This document shows, piece by piece, positions 41,311 through 54,470 of a stretch of 64,000 nt of DNA. The stretch is from assembly GCF_006345805.1 (NCBI RefSeq), contig NC_043011.1, forward strand, positions 49,426,464-49,490,463, in the 5' to 3' direction. Position numbers and translations under genes: made by a program. The notes below the pieces were generated by a model, which was given only the letters and a program-made list of their open reading frames with translations, searched no databases and was not told the origin of the DNA. How positions within the stretch are numbered: the stretch's first letter is position 1; each line of letters opens with the position of its first letter. This DNA is from Octopus sinensis. Its lineage: Eukaryota.

Positions 41311-42165
41311 TTAGGTTGGCAACTAATACCCACCGTTTTTTTTTTAATTTAAATTTTTTAAAGGTTTAATACAAAAAATAACAACTTATTAATCAATAAT
41401 GTATTCACCCTTGTTGTTTACAACTTCTTCCCAACGTTTAACAAGATTTTCAATACCTCGTTGGTAGAAATCAGCCGATTTCGACTCGAAAAATTGATCC
41501 AACCAAGCTCTCAATTCTGCATCAGTATTGAACGAAACTCCAAGCATAGCATTTGAAAGAGATCAAAAGAGGCGGAAATCCATTGGTGCCAAATCAGGAG
41601 AGTACGGTGGGTGTGGCAGCACTTCCCAGCCATGCCTTTGAATGGCTTCTTTGGTCATATTGGCGATATGAGGGTGGGCGTTGTCGTGCAGCAGAAGAAC
41701 TCCATACTGCCGATTAGGTCTTTTCTCTTGAATAGCCGTGTTGAGTCGTTCCATCTATTGAACATTGAGTTCCGCGTTGACCGTTTGGTTCCGTTCAAGC
41801 AATTCCCACCATACGCACAACATCGTTTTACGCGGATGAAGATCTTGTTTCACGCGCGGTGTTGCTTGTTAACCGTGGCTAAGCCATTCTTACGCTGCTT
41901 CATATTGATGTACAAGCACCATTTTTCGTCGCCAGTAACGATTCGGTAGAGAAAGAGAAATCGTTGCTTGTGTCAATGAGTTGAGTGGTGTCGAGCAAAC
42001 AAACAAGCGGAGATTGTGGCTCGTTGATTTTTGTTTAAAGCATGCGGAACCCATGCTCCATACTTCTGAACCTTTCCCATCGAGTGAAGATGCTTCTCTG
42101 TGGCAGTGTAGGAGCATTCTGTTTACTCTGCCAGTTCGATTGTCGTTTGACGAATATTTTCCAAT
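41311..42165 (-). mobile_element. Mariner (DD34D-type) transposon, 5'-truncated pseudogene
   Basis: WVPHAL, RIVTGDEKW, LLLHDNA.PH, WEVLPHPPYSPDLAP.DF; TA-flanked TIR TTAGGTTGGCAACTAA at 41311. Confidence 0.92.
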
Positions 42166-42244
42166 TATAGCTCCTGCGTATTTGTTCATAGGCCTTATTT
42201 TTTATCACGCATAATGCTACAGTTATTACTGATATTGTTTTCAC

Positions 42245-42650
42245 CTGTATGTCCTACGTCTTGAAAACATCAATGTCGAGGTCTTTGTACTTTAACAATT
42301 TCTCCACTTCTTTTTGAACAATATTTTCGCCAGAAGGAACTGTAATGTCTATTAGCAAGCAGGTGTTCCCCCCCCCCAACCCTTGGTTTTTACATCTGGT
42401 CGATCATCTTTTATTTCTTTGTCAGCTTGGAAAGACAAATCCCAGATAATTTTGACTTGGCCGTTGTCATGTACCTTGTTTGGCACATGTTAATACCATT
42501 TTTTGCCAGTCTTTATGTTGTAGTTTTAGCATGTGGTCCAGTGGATATAACTACTTACTCGTTCATGTCTGTATAAATACATTCAGATTTGGCAAGGATT
42601 GAACAGTTAGAGATGACTGTCTCATTGTGCTGGTAATATATGTATGTGCT
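42245..42650 (-). mobile_element. R4/Dong RLE fragment
   Basis: NCSILAKSE.IYRHERV..YIHW...IIWD..FQADKEI..DRPD...CLLIDITVP...KEVEKLLKYKDL. Confidence 0.8.
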
Positions 42651-42798
42651 TCAGAACAAAAGGTCAATCGAGTACAGAGAAGTAATGAGAAATTAAATAA
42701 ATGACAAGGGAATAAAGAAATTGTCATCACGAAGCTCGACAAATTCTTATTCCCCCATTACATATTTAATTATGTGTATGTGTGTGTGTTAATGATAA

Positions 42799-43119
42799 TG
42801 AAGGGTACTAGAGATAACACTATCATGCTAAAATAGCAGTCAAAAACGACTTAAGGCTACAAATTTTCACTTACACACAAAAGGGGAATTCGGGTCAATG
42901 AGCAAAATAATACCAAGACCCTATACAAATAACGAAAAAACTCGTAAATACAACTGTTTCAATTTTTCAATTTTTCAATTTCCAATGTACAATTTTTTCG
43001 TCATTTGTATAGGGTCTTAAAGTTATTTTGTTCAGTTTGTGTGGAAGTGAAAATTTGATGCCTAAAAGTCGGTTTTGACTGCTATTTTAGCATGCTGGTA
43101 CTACCTTTAGTACCCTTCA
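42799..43119. mobile_element. Fold-back MITE, possibly PIF/Harbinger-type
   Basis: Long arms TGAAGGGTACTA...CATGCTAAAATAGCAGTCAAAA / TTTTGACTGCTATTTTAGCATG...TAGTACCCTTCA; TAA on both sides. Confidence 0.7.
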
Positions 43120-43508
43120 TAATTACTGGATAATTATATTTACCTTTACGGTTTTTTACGCATCCTAAGCCACTGATGTTGTTGTAAATAATATCATTAT
43201 ATTTTATATGGATATGTGTGTGCGTGTGTACCTATGTGTATGTAAATACATGTCTGTATATGTGTGCGTGCATATGTATATATATATATAGATAGATAGA
43301 TAGATAGATATAGAGAGACAGACAGACAGACAGACTGACAGACAAAGATATGGTGTGGCTGTGTGGTAAGAAGCTTGCTTCCCAACCGCATGGTTCTGGG
43401 TTCAGCCCCACTGCGTGGCACCTTGGACAAGTGTCTTCTACTGTAGCCTCGGACCAACCAAAACCTTGTAAGTGGATTTGGTAGATGGAAACTGAAAGAA
43501 GCCCGTCG

Positions 43509-43569
<61 letters not shown>

Positions 43570-43610
43570 GTCTGTCTATCTATCTAACTATTTATCTATC
43601 TATCTATCTA

Positions 43611-43691
<81 letters not shown>

Positions 43692-43709
43692 ATATATGTA
43701 TATATATAT

Positions 43710-43833
<124 letters not shown>

Positions 43834-43858
43834 TATATATATAATATATATATATAAG

Positions 43859-44192
43859 TGAAGGCGCATGGTCAGTGGTTAGAGCGTCGAGCTTACGATC
43901 GTGAGGTTGTGAGCTCGAATCCCGGACCGGGCTGCGTGTGTGTTCTTGAGCAAGGCACTTTATTTCACGTTGCTCCAGTTCACTCAGCTGTAGAAATGAG
44001 TTGCGACGTCACAGGTGCCAAGCTGTATCGACCTTTGTCTTTCCCTTGGATAACACTGGTGGTGTGGAGAGGGGAGGCTGGTGTGCATGGGCGACTGCTG
44101 GTCTTCCATAAACAACCTTGCCCGGACTTGTGTCTAGGAGGGTAACTTTCTAGGTGCAATCCCATGGTCATTCATGACCGAAGGGGGTCTTT
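43859..44192 (+). mobile_element. SINE family C variant
   Basis: GAAGGCGCATGGTCAGTGGTTAGAGCG..GCTCGAATCCC head and CORE-like segment. Confidence 0.85.
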
Positions 44193-44994
44193 TATATATA
44201 TATATGCATACATGTGAGTGTGTCTCTGTGTCTGTGATTCTTCATCACCACCGTTTGACAACCGGTGCTGGTGCGCTTAAGTCTCCGTAACATAGCGGTT
44301 CGGTAAATGTAACTTATAGAATAAGTACCATGATTATAAAAATAAGTATTGGGGGGGGGGCGATACATTCAACTGAAAACTCTTCTAGGTGATGCCCCAG
44401 TATGGCCGCAGTCAAATGACTGAAACAAGAAATGACAAAAGATAAAAGATATCATAATACGTCTTATTTTTGTACCTTATTTCTGGTATACGATTATTCT
44501 TCTAATACCAATTTAGCTTTTCTCAATTACATTTTCTTATTGAATTCTTCATTGTCGTACACAATATATTATCAGTTTCATCTCTTCTTAAACAATTTAT
44601 ACAGCTATTCTAGTTCCAACACTTTCATCTCAGTATCTAAATTTATTGGTTTCATCTATTCTTAACAGCTTTTACGGGTATTACAGTTCTAATTCTCTCA
44701 CTTCAATGCCTATCTTTTAACTTTAAACCATTTCGCATTAAAATTCCTCACAAATGTAAAGATTATTTATTCACACTGTTTTCAAGTTTCCATGAATCAT
44801 CTCCGAGCTTTGAGATTTCGGTGATGCGATGGAAACTATGTTTAGAGCGATATTGTGTGGTAGGTGTGACATGCCGGATCTGGTTTGTTTAAATGCTGAA
44901 AGGTTAATGTTATGAATTTTGATTTAGTTTCCATCCCCAAAAAAATCATTCTGAGGTGGTTACTGTTCAGTTTTATTTTCAGTTTCATTTTATC

Positions 44995-45217
44995 TACTCT
45001 TTTTACTCTTTTACTTGTTTCAGTCATTTGACTGCGTCCATGCTGGAGCACCGCCTTTCGTCGAGCAAATCGATCCAAGGACTTTGTAAGCCTAGTACTT
45101 ATTCTATCGGTCTTTTTTGCCGAATCACTAAGTTACGGGACGTAAACACATCACCATCGGTTGTAAAGCGATGTCAGGGGACAAAAACACACACACACAC
45201 GCGCGCACACACACGCG

Positions 45218-45249
<32 letters not shown>

Positions 45250-45440
45250 TATATATATATATATATATACATATATACGACGGGCTTCTTTCAGTTTCCG
45301 TCTACAAAATCCACTCACAAGGCTTTGGTCGGCCCGAGGCTATAATAGAAGACACTTGCTCAAGGTGCCACGCAGTGGGACTGAACCCGGAACCATGTGG
45401 TTGGTAAGCAAGCTATTTACCACAGATCCACTCCTGCGCC
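44995..45440 (-). mobile_element. SINE family A, full length
   Basis: Reverse-complement match to the other copies. Confidence 0.88.
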
Positions 45441-45638
45441 CATGTTTTTATTTATTTTATTTATTTAGACATTTTTAACGGATTTGAGCGAATTTGAAAG
45501 GAAAAATAAAATAAGATCAAGAAGAAAAATAGTTTTATCGGATTTTGTTCTTGAATTGTCGATCAAAAGATCCTTTCTGAAAAGAAATTAACATGGGTCC
45601 TCAGATGAAAAGAGACAAATAATACGCACGCACACGCA

Positions 45639-45682
<44 letters not shown>

Positions 45683-45729
45683 GCATTCACAAGCACACAT
45701 AAGCACACACACATATAAATATACTGAAT

Positions 45730-46075
45730 ACTGGATGGTTTCTGTGTTGAAGCTCCTAGGAGCTTGTTCACAGGTCCTTTTCCACTAGGACAATCAATTT
45801 GCCATGTGTAGTATAACTCTTCGACAGTTGTAGCTAATAGTAACAGACAGGGTCAAATTTTGAAGGTAGCTCCCTCCAATGTGCATCAAGCCTGTTCTTG
45901 AAGGCATTGACTGATGGAGCTGCAACCACAGGCGTTTGGCAGACTGTTCCAGGTGGAGGTCACACCCTTCACGGAAAAGCAGCTTCTAATGTTGAGCCTG
46001 CAGTGTGATCTTTCCAATTTCAGGCTGTGCCCTCTCGTAGGCGATACAAAAAAGGGGCAACAAGACATCCAGACA
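45730..46075 (-). mobile_element. CR1/L2-type LINE 3' fragment
   Basis: TRGHSLKLE..HCRLNIR..FS..V..TWNSLP. Confidence 0.8.
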
Positions 46076-47084
46076 GACGATGCAAGTTAACTCCGAATGA
46101 CCCGTCCTTGTCTTCTTTGTATCGTCTATCTGGATGTTTTGTTGTCCCTTTTTTGTATCACCTAACTGTTTGGATGTTTTGCATTCTTGTCTCAGTTTTG
46201 TATTTTTTATATATAAAAATATAGCGGCGTAGGTACAATTTGGTCTCCTACATATATATATAAAGAATATCAGGGATTTAGTTCACTTGTGATCTAAAAG
46301 AATAAGTACTGTGGGTAAGTTCTATAGTAGGACAACTGCTAGGTTCCAAGATCGCAGCTAACGCAGGATCTAGGGATCCGTGTTAGGGTTCCGTTGTTCC
46401 CCAGCATGGCCGCAGCCTCAAGGCTGATACATATAAAAGAAGAAAAGAATACACGAGGAACTAAACAGCGCGGGAAAAAGACGTGGTCGTATGACCCGCT
46501 AGAAATACGAACCAAATGTCACACGAGTCTTATGAAAAGTGAAATGACATTGTAAATAATGTAAACTGTTTTAAACAATTCCTGAAAAGCAATCGATGGG
46601 ATGGTCGTATCAAAGAATGTGTTTGATCATAAGGACGTTAGAACAACAACCACAACCCACAACCACAGCCACAACCACAACTACAATAGCAAGAACAACA
46701 ACAAAAGCAACGAATAGTACATAGAGGAAGTGAGATATAGGGAGGTTCATGAAATATAAATAGATTACTCTAATAGAGAAACAGAGCGAGGGGGTATGGG
46801 AGCGGGGGAGAGTCAGAGTGATAGATCTTTGTTCTTATTAAAGACGCCTATTTCCAGCCTCACACTCAACACACGCATGAAGTAGGATCAAATCCAGCAT
46901 AAGTTATTGATTAATATTTCTAGTTATTCTTTTTCTTTTTCTTTTTCTTTTTTTTCATCTCTATCTGAGATCGATAACTTCTCCCCTACCTTTACTTACT
47001 CTCCTACCCGTTCCTTCGTTCAGCAATCAGCTTTCATTGCTATATTAATCTCACATTAAATTACACCCTTTGAACAGGCACAAC

Positions 47085-47129
<45 letters not shown>

Positions 47130-47141
47130 TATATATATATG

Positions 47142-47173
<32 letters not shown>

Positions 47174-47230
47174 GTTATGTATGGTATGTAGGTAGGTATG
47201 TATATAAATATGTATATATATATATGTATG

Positions 47231-47263
<33 letters not shown>

Positions 47264-47306
47264 ATAATATATATATGTATGTATATATATAGTTACATAT
47301 ATAAAG

Positions 47307-47349
<43 letters not shown>

Positions 47350-48024
47350 TAGTGACGTCTATACAAATATAAAATCATGTGTGTATACATATATTTATAT
47401 ACATATATACATATTTTCATATGTGTACGTATGCATAAATATATATATATATTATGTATGTATGTATGTACGTACGTATGTATGTATGTATGTATGAGTG
47501 TGTGTGTGTATGTATGTAATACACAAACACGTACACAGAAAAATGCATAACTATATCTGCTTGTCTGTGTGTATGCATGTATATGTAGGTGTATGTATAG
47601 AAATATAGAAATATATAATTTTAATTGCAAGCAACTACAAATATACTAACATACATACATACCAACATACATACATACATACTAATATACAAACATACAT
47701 ACATGCATACATACATACATACATACATACATACATACATACAAACATACATACATACGTACACACATACGTATATATACACGATTGGCCAAAAGTCACC
47801 CGACAGCAAACTGAAAACCATTTAACTCCAATATTAAAGCAAAAAATTATTTCATAAGACTTCGCTAATAAATAGAGAAATGTTGCAAAAAAACGGTGGT
47901 TTTAACTCACAGTATTTAATTATTAAATATCCAAAATTAGAATAAATAAATAAAATTGAATATTAAGTATTTATATAGTTTTGATTTACTGTCGAGTGTC
48001 TTTTGGCCAACTCTGTATGTATAT

Positions 48025-48071
<47 letters not shown>

Positions 48072-48737
48072 GCACATACACACACACATATATGTATGTA
48101 TATATACATATATATATGCGTGTGGTGTGTGTGTTTGTGTATAGGCGTAGGCGTGGCAAAAGAGTCCGATATACTAAGTACTAGGCTTACAAAGACTAAG
48201 TCCACGAGTCAATGTGTTCGACTAAAGGTGGTGCTCCAGCATGGCTGCAGTCAAATCACTTAAGTAAAAGAATAAAACAATACATATATAAATTTATGCA
48301 TATATATTTCGCTCAAAGTTCCTCAAATCTTGTATAAAACTCAACTCATCAAGATTTGTGTCATAAAATGCATAACTTTGAGGTTCGCTATCTGTTCCTT
48401 TAATAATTGTCCTCATTATAGGATGCTCAACTTGAGCAGTTTTCTGAATTCCTAGTCAATTCTGAGTTATCGAGTGGATTTTTACATGTCAGAAATATGC
48501 TGAGTAGACGAGGGCTTCCTGGCTCAGTACAGATTGTTAGCACATGTCGAAAACCCTCCATTAAAAATATCTTTAAAATATTTGGTAATATGGATATATC
48601 TATATGTATGCAAGTATATACATGTATGACTGTGTGTGTGCACGTGCGCGTGCATATATACGGATACACGTATGTATGTATGTATGTATGTATGTATGTA
48701 TGTATGTATGTATGTATGTATGTATGTATGTATATTA

Positions 48738-48813
<76 letters not shown>

Positions 48814-49285
48814 GTGTGTGTGTGTGGATTGTGCAGCAAGTGAAATTTTGGAAACAGAATCACGCCGGACGCGGAGGAGGAGAGCAAATAGTAATTCAGT
48901 GAAGGAAAAGTAGTGAGAGTAATAGCCCTGACTTAGAGAAGTGATAGAAAGTAAGACCAATAAGAGAAAGGAAGGGGTGATAGATGAATAGGGAAGGATG
49001 GGGTGAAAAAAAAGAGGTCAGCATTTCAAGGGTACGTGTGTGTGTGTATGCAAGGGAACTATGTGCATGTTTGTATATGTGATTATGCTCATTATTTTGT
49101 ACTTTATATATAATATATAACAATTAGCCGCCATTGTTTACGCACGTGATCAGCTAGTAGTCTAATATTCGAGCATATAAGCCCTCGTAACGGGAAAAAA
49201 CCAATAAGCACTAGTAAATGCAGTAGTGACAAACTTATGTGTAGTTAATAGACAAGTGCATTTACAAAATATGTGCATATATAAT

Positions 49286-49341
<56 letters not shown>

Positions 49342-49508
49342 CAGGCGCAGGAGTGGCTGTGTGGTAAGTAGCTTGTTTACTAACCACATGGTTCAGGGTT
49401 CAGTCCCACTGCGTGGCACCTTAGCAAGTGTCTTCTTACTATAACCTCGGGCCGACCAAAGCCTTGTGAGTGGATTTGGTAGACGGAAACTGAAAGAAAC
49501 CTGTCGTA

Positions 49509-49545
<37 letters not shown>

Positions 49546-49940
49546 GCGCAGGAGTGGCTGTGTGGTAAGTAGCTTGTTTACTAACCACATGGTTCCGGGT
49601 TCAGTCCCACTGCGTGGCACCTTGGGCAAGTGTCTTCTTACTATAACCTCGGGCCGACCAAAGCCTTGTGAGTGGATTTGGTAGACGGAAACTGAAAAGA
49701 AGCCCGTCGTATATATGTATATATATGCGTGTTTGTGTTTGTCCCCCTAGCATTGCTTGACAACCGATGCTGGTGTGTTTACGTCCCCGTCACTTAGCGG
49801 TTCGGCAAAAGAGACCGATAGAATAAGTACTGGGCTTAAAAAAAAAGAATAAGTCCCGGGGTCGAGTTGCTCGATTAAAGGCGGTGCTCCAGCATGGCCG
49901 CAGTCAAATGACTGAAACAAGTAAAAGAGAGTAAAAGAGA
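49342..49940 (+). mobile_element. SINE family A with tandem duplication of its 5' half (period ~201 bp)
   Basis: CAGGCGCAGGAGTGGCTG at 49342 and 49543. Confidence 0.9.
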
Positions 49941-50011
49941 TATGTGTGTATGTGTGTGTGTATGTGCGTGTGTGTGTGTGTGTGTGCGCGTGTGTGCGTG
50001 TGTGTGTGTGT

Positions 50012-50308
50012 AATTGGCACTCCGTCGCTTACGTCGACGTGGGTTCTAGTTGATCCAATCATCAGAACAGCCTCCACCGACATGCGTACCCCTTCAATTA
50101 ATTCTCAAGGAGATTTAGCGTGACGCTGTGTTTGACAAGGCTGGACCCTTGAAATGCATATACTACTCAAGTTTCCCAGCTGAGTGGTCTGGGGCATCGT
50201 GCAATAAAATGTCTGGCTCAAGGATACAACGCGCCGCTGTGAATCGAACTCGCGAACGTACGAGAGCGAATACGCCGAATACACTAATCTCCAAGCCATC
50301 TGCCTTCA
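50012..50308 (-). mobile_element. Decayed SINE (C-type head, tail shared with 30466-30844)
   Basis: Tail homology to 30475-30640; head region duplicated at 51315-51366. Confidence 0.65.
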
Positions 50309-50532
50309 TATATATATATGTATATATGTATGTGTGTATATTATATATATATATATATATAATATATATATAATATATACCACATAAGGGACATTAGCCA
50401 TTTGAATGTGGCTAGGGACTGGGCAGGGCGGTGGGGGTGCTACTGATGCATTTAGCCCCAGGCGATCATCAACGTCACCAGATAGGCTGACACCATCACG
50501 GTGTCCTCTATCCTGCAAAGGGAGATCATTCC

Positions 50533-50611
50533 CGAAGAAGCGGATGCCACATACGGACCCAGGTTTCAAGGTATTTGCCTATCGTCAACGTATGGCAGGC
50601 ACCGCTCCTCG
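50533..50611 (-). ncRNA. Type-I hammerhead ribozyme (antisense copy)
   Basis: Exact reverse complement of 50658-50736; predicted GUC^ cut between 50556 and 50555. Confidence 0.8.
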
Positions 50612-50657
50612 ACGATACGTGAAAATCTATATAATATCCTGCACAGAAGTTGTTCGT

Positions 50658-50736
50658 CGAGGAGCGGTGCCTGCCATACGTTGACGATAGGCAAATACCT
50701 TGAAACCTGGGTCCGTATGTGGCATCCGCTTCTTCG
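50658..50736 (+). ncRNA. Type-I hammerhead ribozyme (U3 variant, minimal stem III)
   Basis: CAUACG-UUGACGA-UAGG-CAAAUA-CCUU-GAAACCUGGGUC^CGUAUG; stem I extended by UGCC/GGCA and GAGCGG/CCGCUU; predicted cut after 50713. Confidence 0.82.
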
Positions 50737-51004
50737 GGGCATGATCTCCTTTGCAGGATAGAGGACACCGTGATGGTCAGCCTATCTGGTGACGTGATGA
50801 TCGCCTGGGTAAATGCATCATAACACCCCCACCGCCCTGCCCTGTCCCTACCACATTCAAATGGCTAATGTCCCTTATGTGATGGAGCAGTTTCTGTCTA
50901 ATCTCGTTTAGAGATTATTATTGCTGGTCGACCAGATTTTCGAAATCAGTAAATGTATTACGTGAAAATCTATATATAAATATCCTGCACAGGAAGTTGT
51001 TCGT

Positions 51005-51083
51005 CGAGGAGCGGTGCCTGCCATACGTTGACGATAGGCAAATACCTTGAAACCTGGGTCCGTATGTGGCATCCGCTTCTTCG
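51005..51083 (+). ncRNA. Type-I hammerhead ribozyme (second tandem copy)
   Basis: Identical 79-mer; predicted cut after 51060. Confidence 0.82.
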
Positions 51084-51367
51084 GGGCATGATCTCCCTTT
51101 GCAGGATAGAGGACACCGTGATGGTGTCAGCCTATCTGGTGACGTTGATGATCGCCTGGGGCTAAATGCATCAGTAACACCCCCACCGCCCTGCCCTGTC
51201 CCTAGCCACATTCAAATGGCTAATGTCCCTTATGTGATGGAGCAGTTACTGTCTATATCTCGTTTAGAGAATTATTATTGCTATATATATATATATATAT
51301 TACGAGAGCGAACATACGAGAGCTAATACGCCGAATACACTGATCACCAAGCCACCTGCCTTCATAC

Positions 51368-51424
<57 letters not shown>

Positions 51425-51829
51425 AAGGGTAAAATTAATGAATCAATTTATAATTAATAATCTTACCAAGTAGTTCGCTGTGTTAAAAGAACCATTATCG
51501 GTAAACTTATATATAAAATTTAAAACTTTAACAGCTATTTCTAAATTTCGGTATGTGGTGAAGCAAATTTTTGCTGAACCCTAATTATAATTATACTCAT
51601 CATTACAAAATTTATATATACATACATATATATATATATATACATAGCAGTCACTTTCTAGGGATTGATAATGAGGGGACGGAAACTTACGAGAGAAATG
51701 AAGCGAGAGCAACTATATAAAGGTGGAAGGCATAGCAAAGTGAGAGAAAATACCTCCGGCGGGCTTCACTAGGAAACGTATTAAACGAGGAAATGTGAAA
51801 TCTCCAGGAGCGATTTTACGCTTGCCTGC

Positions 51830-51837
51830 GTGTGTAC

Positions 51838-51924
<87 letters not shown>

Positions 51925-52900
51925 CTGTGTTTGTGTGCCTGTGGGTGAGTGGGTGGGTGTGGGGTATTCCAGAACATTATTATACAGATACTCATATGTA
52001 TACATGCCGCTCATGCAACATGCTGAACGCACTGACGTACATGCAATTACATACCTACATGCATAAATACATACATATAAACATACATACATACATACGT
52101 ACCTACATACATTCATGTACACACACGCACACCTGTACATACATACATGCATACATACATGCACACACACGTACGTACCTATATACATACATATATAAAT
52201 GCACACAAGTATACACACATAAAAGCACACATACATCATACATACATACATACATCGATGCATGCATACATTCATACATATATGCATACATACGTACCTA
52301 CATATATACATACATGCACGCATACATACGCATATATACAGGTCTTTCGCATACAGACATGCATAGACATTAACAAGCATCACACACACACATTTACACG
52401 CAAACTCACACATACACACACTCACACATTCACACAAACACACACACACGCACACAGATATATACGCCAAGAATACACTTCAGGAATCTTACGCGTGCAC
52501 AGCAAACACACTTATGCATACATATATATACACACACATCTTATGTTCAAATGCCACATCTTTCTGCACATACCACACACGTCTTGCATATACATCTCAC
52601 ATCCCTCATCTTGCACACACCTCTCTCACACACACACACGCACACACACACACACACACATACATAAACACAAACAGGCCAACACAACTGACACAACCCA
52701 AATCTGAAACAACCTTCACGCATACATCTCACATCTTGCACATAACATATCATACGCACACATTACATGCCTTACACAGAATCACACACTTTGCATACAC
52801 CTCATACATCTTACGCATGCACATCCATATACATGCAAACACACACGCTCACACACACGCATACACACACACTCACACACTACAGGTCCATATCCTTCCC
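51830..52900. repeat. Compound (TG)n/(CATA)n/(CA)n tract
   Basis: Visible directly. Confidence 0.9.
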
Positions 52901-53572
52901 GTACCACATCCACCCCTATCTTCTTAGCTGTGTACCCGACTCCAACGCACCAAAAGACAACAACACTTTGCCTTATCCAACATTTCACATTCCTCTTACA
53001 ATCTACCCAATCCATTCCTTCGATGTATCGATCGGTACCCGACTGACGGAATTCGGTTAATGACTTTTATGGTTATCATCAGAGAAGAAAGAGAGAGAAA
53101 GAGAGAGGAAGAAAATGGAGAGTAGGGGTGGGGAGAGGTTGAGATTTAGAGAATGGGGAGTGAGCAAGGTGGGGAGGAGAAGGATTGAGAGATTGCTGGA
53201 TGCATGGATAGATAAATACGTACAATGTAAGGTAGGTGCATGTGTGAATGGATGTACGGATCAGTAATTACGCACCAGCGTGCGTACGCATGCGTACGTA
53301 CATACACGAGAACGCGCACACGTACGCGTATACGCGCGCACACATATATACACAAAGAAAAGCGAAGATCATCTGATAGAATGTATTGCAATTGTTGTTA
53401 CCTTTCTGTCTTTGTGTTTCTCCCCTTTCTGAACGGATATATATATGTATATATATATATATATATTATATATATATATATAATATAATATATGTATAGA
53501 CATATGATGTATGCATATATATTATGCCTATCCTATATTTATATATATATATATATATATATAGATATATAC

Positions 53573-53662
<90 letters not shown>

Positions 53663-54017
53663 CATTTACATACACATATACATATTTATCTATATACATA
53701 TACACATGTATATTTATATATATACACACATATACATATATCTCTCTCTATATATAGATAGATATAAGTATATATATAGATAAAGAGAGGGAGACATACA
53801 TACACACACACACATATATATATATATGTATATTTATATGTGTGTGTGCATATATGTGTGAGTAAACGTATGTATGTATGATTGTATGTATGTATTTAAG
53901 TATGTATGTATGCATGCATGTATATATGTATGCATGTATGCATGCATGTATGTATGTATGTATGTATGTATGCATGTATGTATGTATGTATGTATGTATG
54001 TATGTATGTATGCATGC

Positions 54018-54048
<31 letters not shown>

Positions 54049-54470
54049 TGTATGTATGTATGTATGTGTATGTATGTATTTAAGTATGTATGTATATACA
54101 GTTGGAAGGTCGGCGGCAAGAAAGTCTGAATACACTTTGTGAAGTCTCAGCTTCTAATCATGTATATTTCCCTGCTTTTGAATTGACTATTGTCATTTGG
54201 ACTCTTTTCATTACACTTGTATACACACGGTGATGATGACCTTATCAGTTACAGCACCATTCCCATCATCCCGTGTTGCTTATTATAAAATGAGACAACA
54301 GTGGCTCAGCATTATCCGTTTTTTTTTTACTTTTTGTTCCAGAACATGCAACAGAGAATATCTACAAACCTTGATCGATTTATGGACGATAGCAGTGTAT
54401 ATTTTTAACCATATTTATCACATAATGTCTTGTATTATATTTTCTCTGATATATATATATATATATATAT

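Larger units (their letters stand above)
50381..51282. mobile_element. Retrozyme-like array: one inverted partial unit plus two tandem ~345-bp units, each with a hammerhead
   Basis: Units start at 50616 and 50959; 50381-50615 is the reverse complement of 50654-50881; no recognisable protein. Confidence 0.8.

Noticed and set aside
44460-44760. Possible very old RTE C-terminal remnant
   Set aside because: Too many stops and too little motif similarity to support a call by eye.
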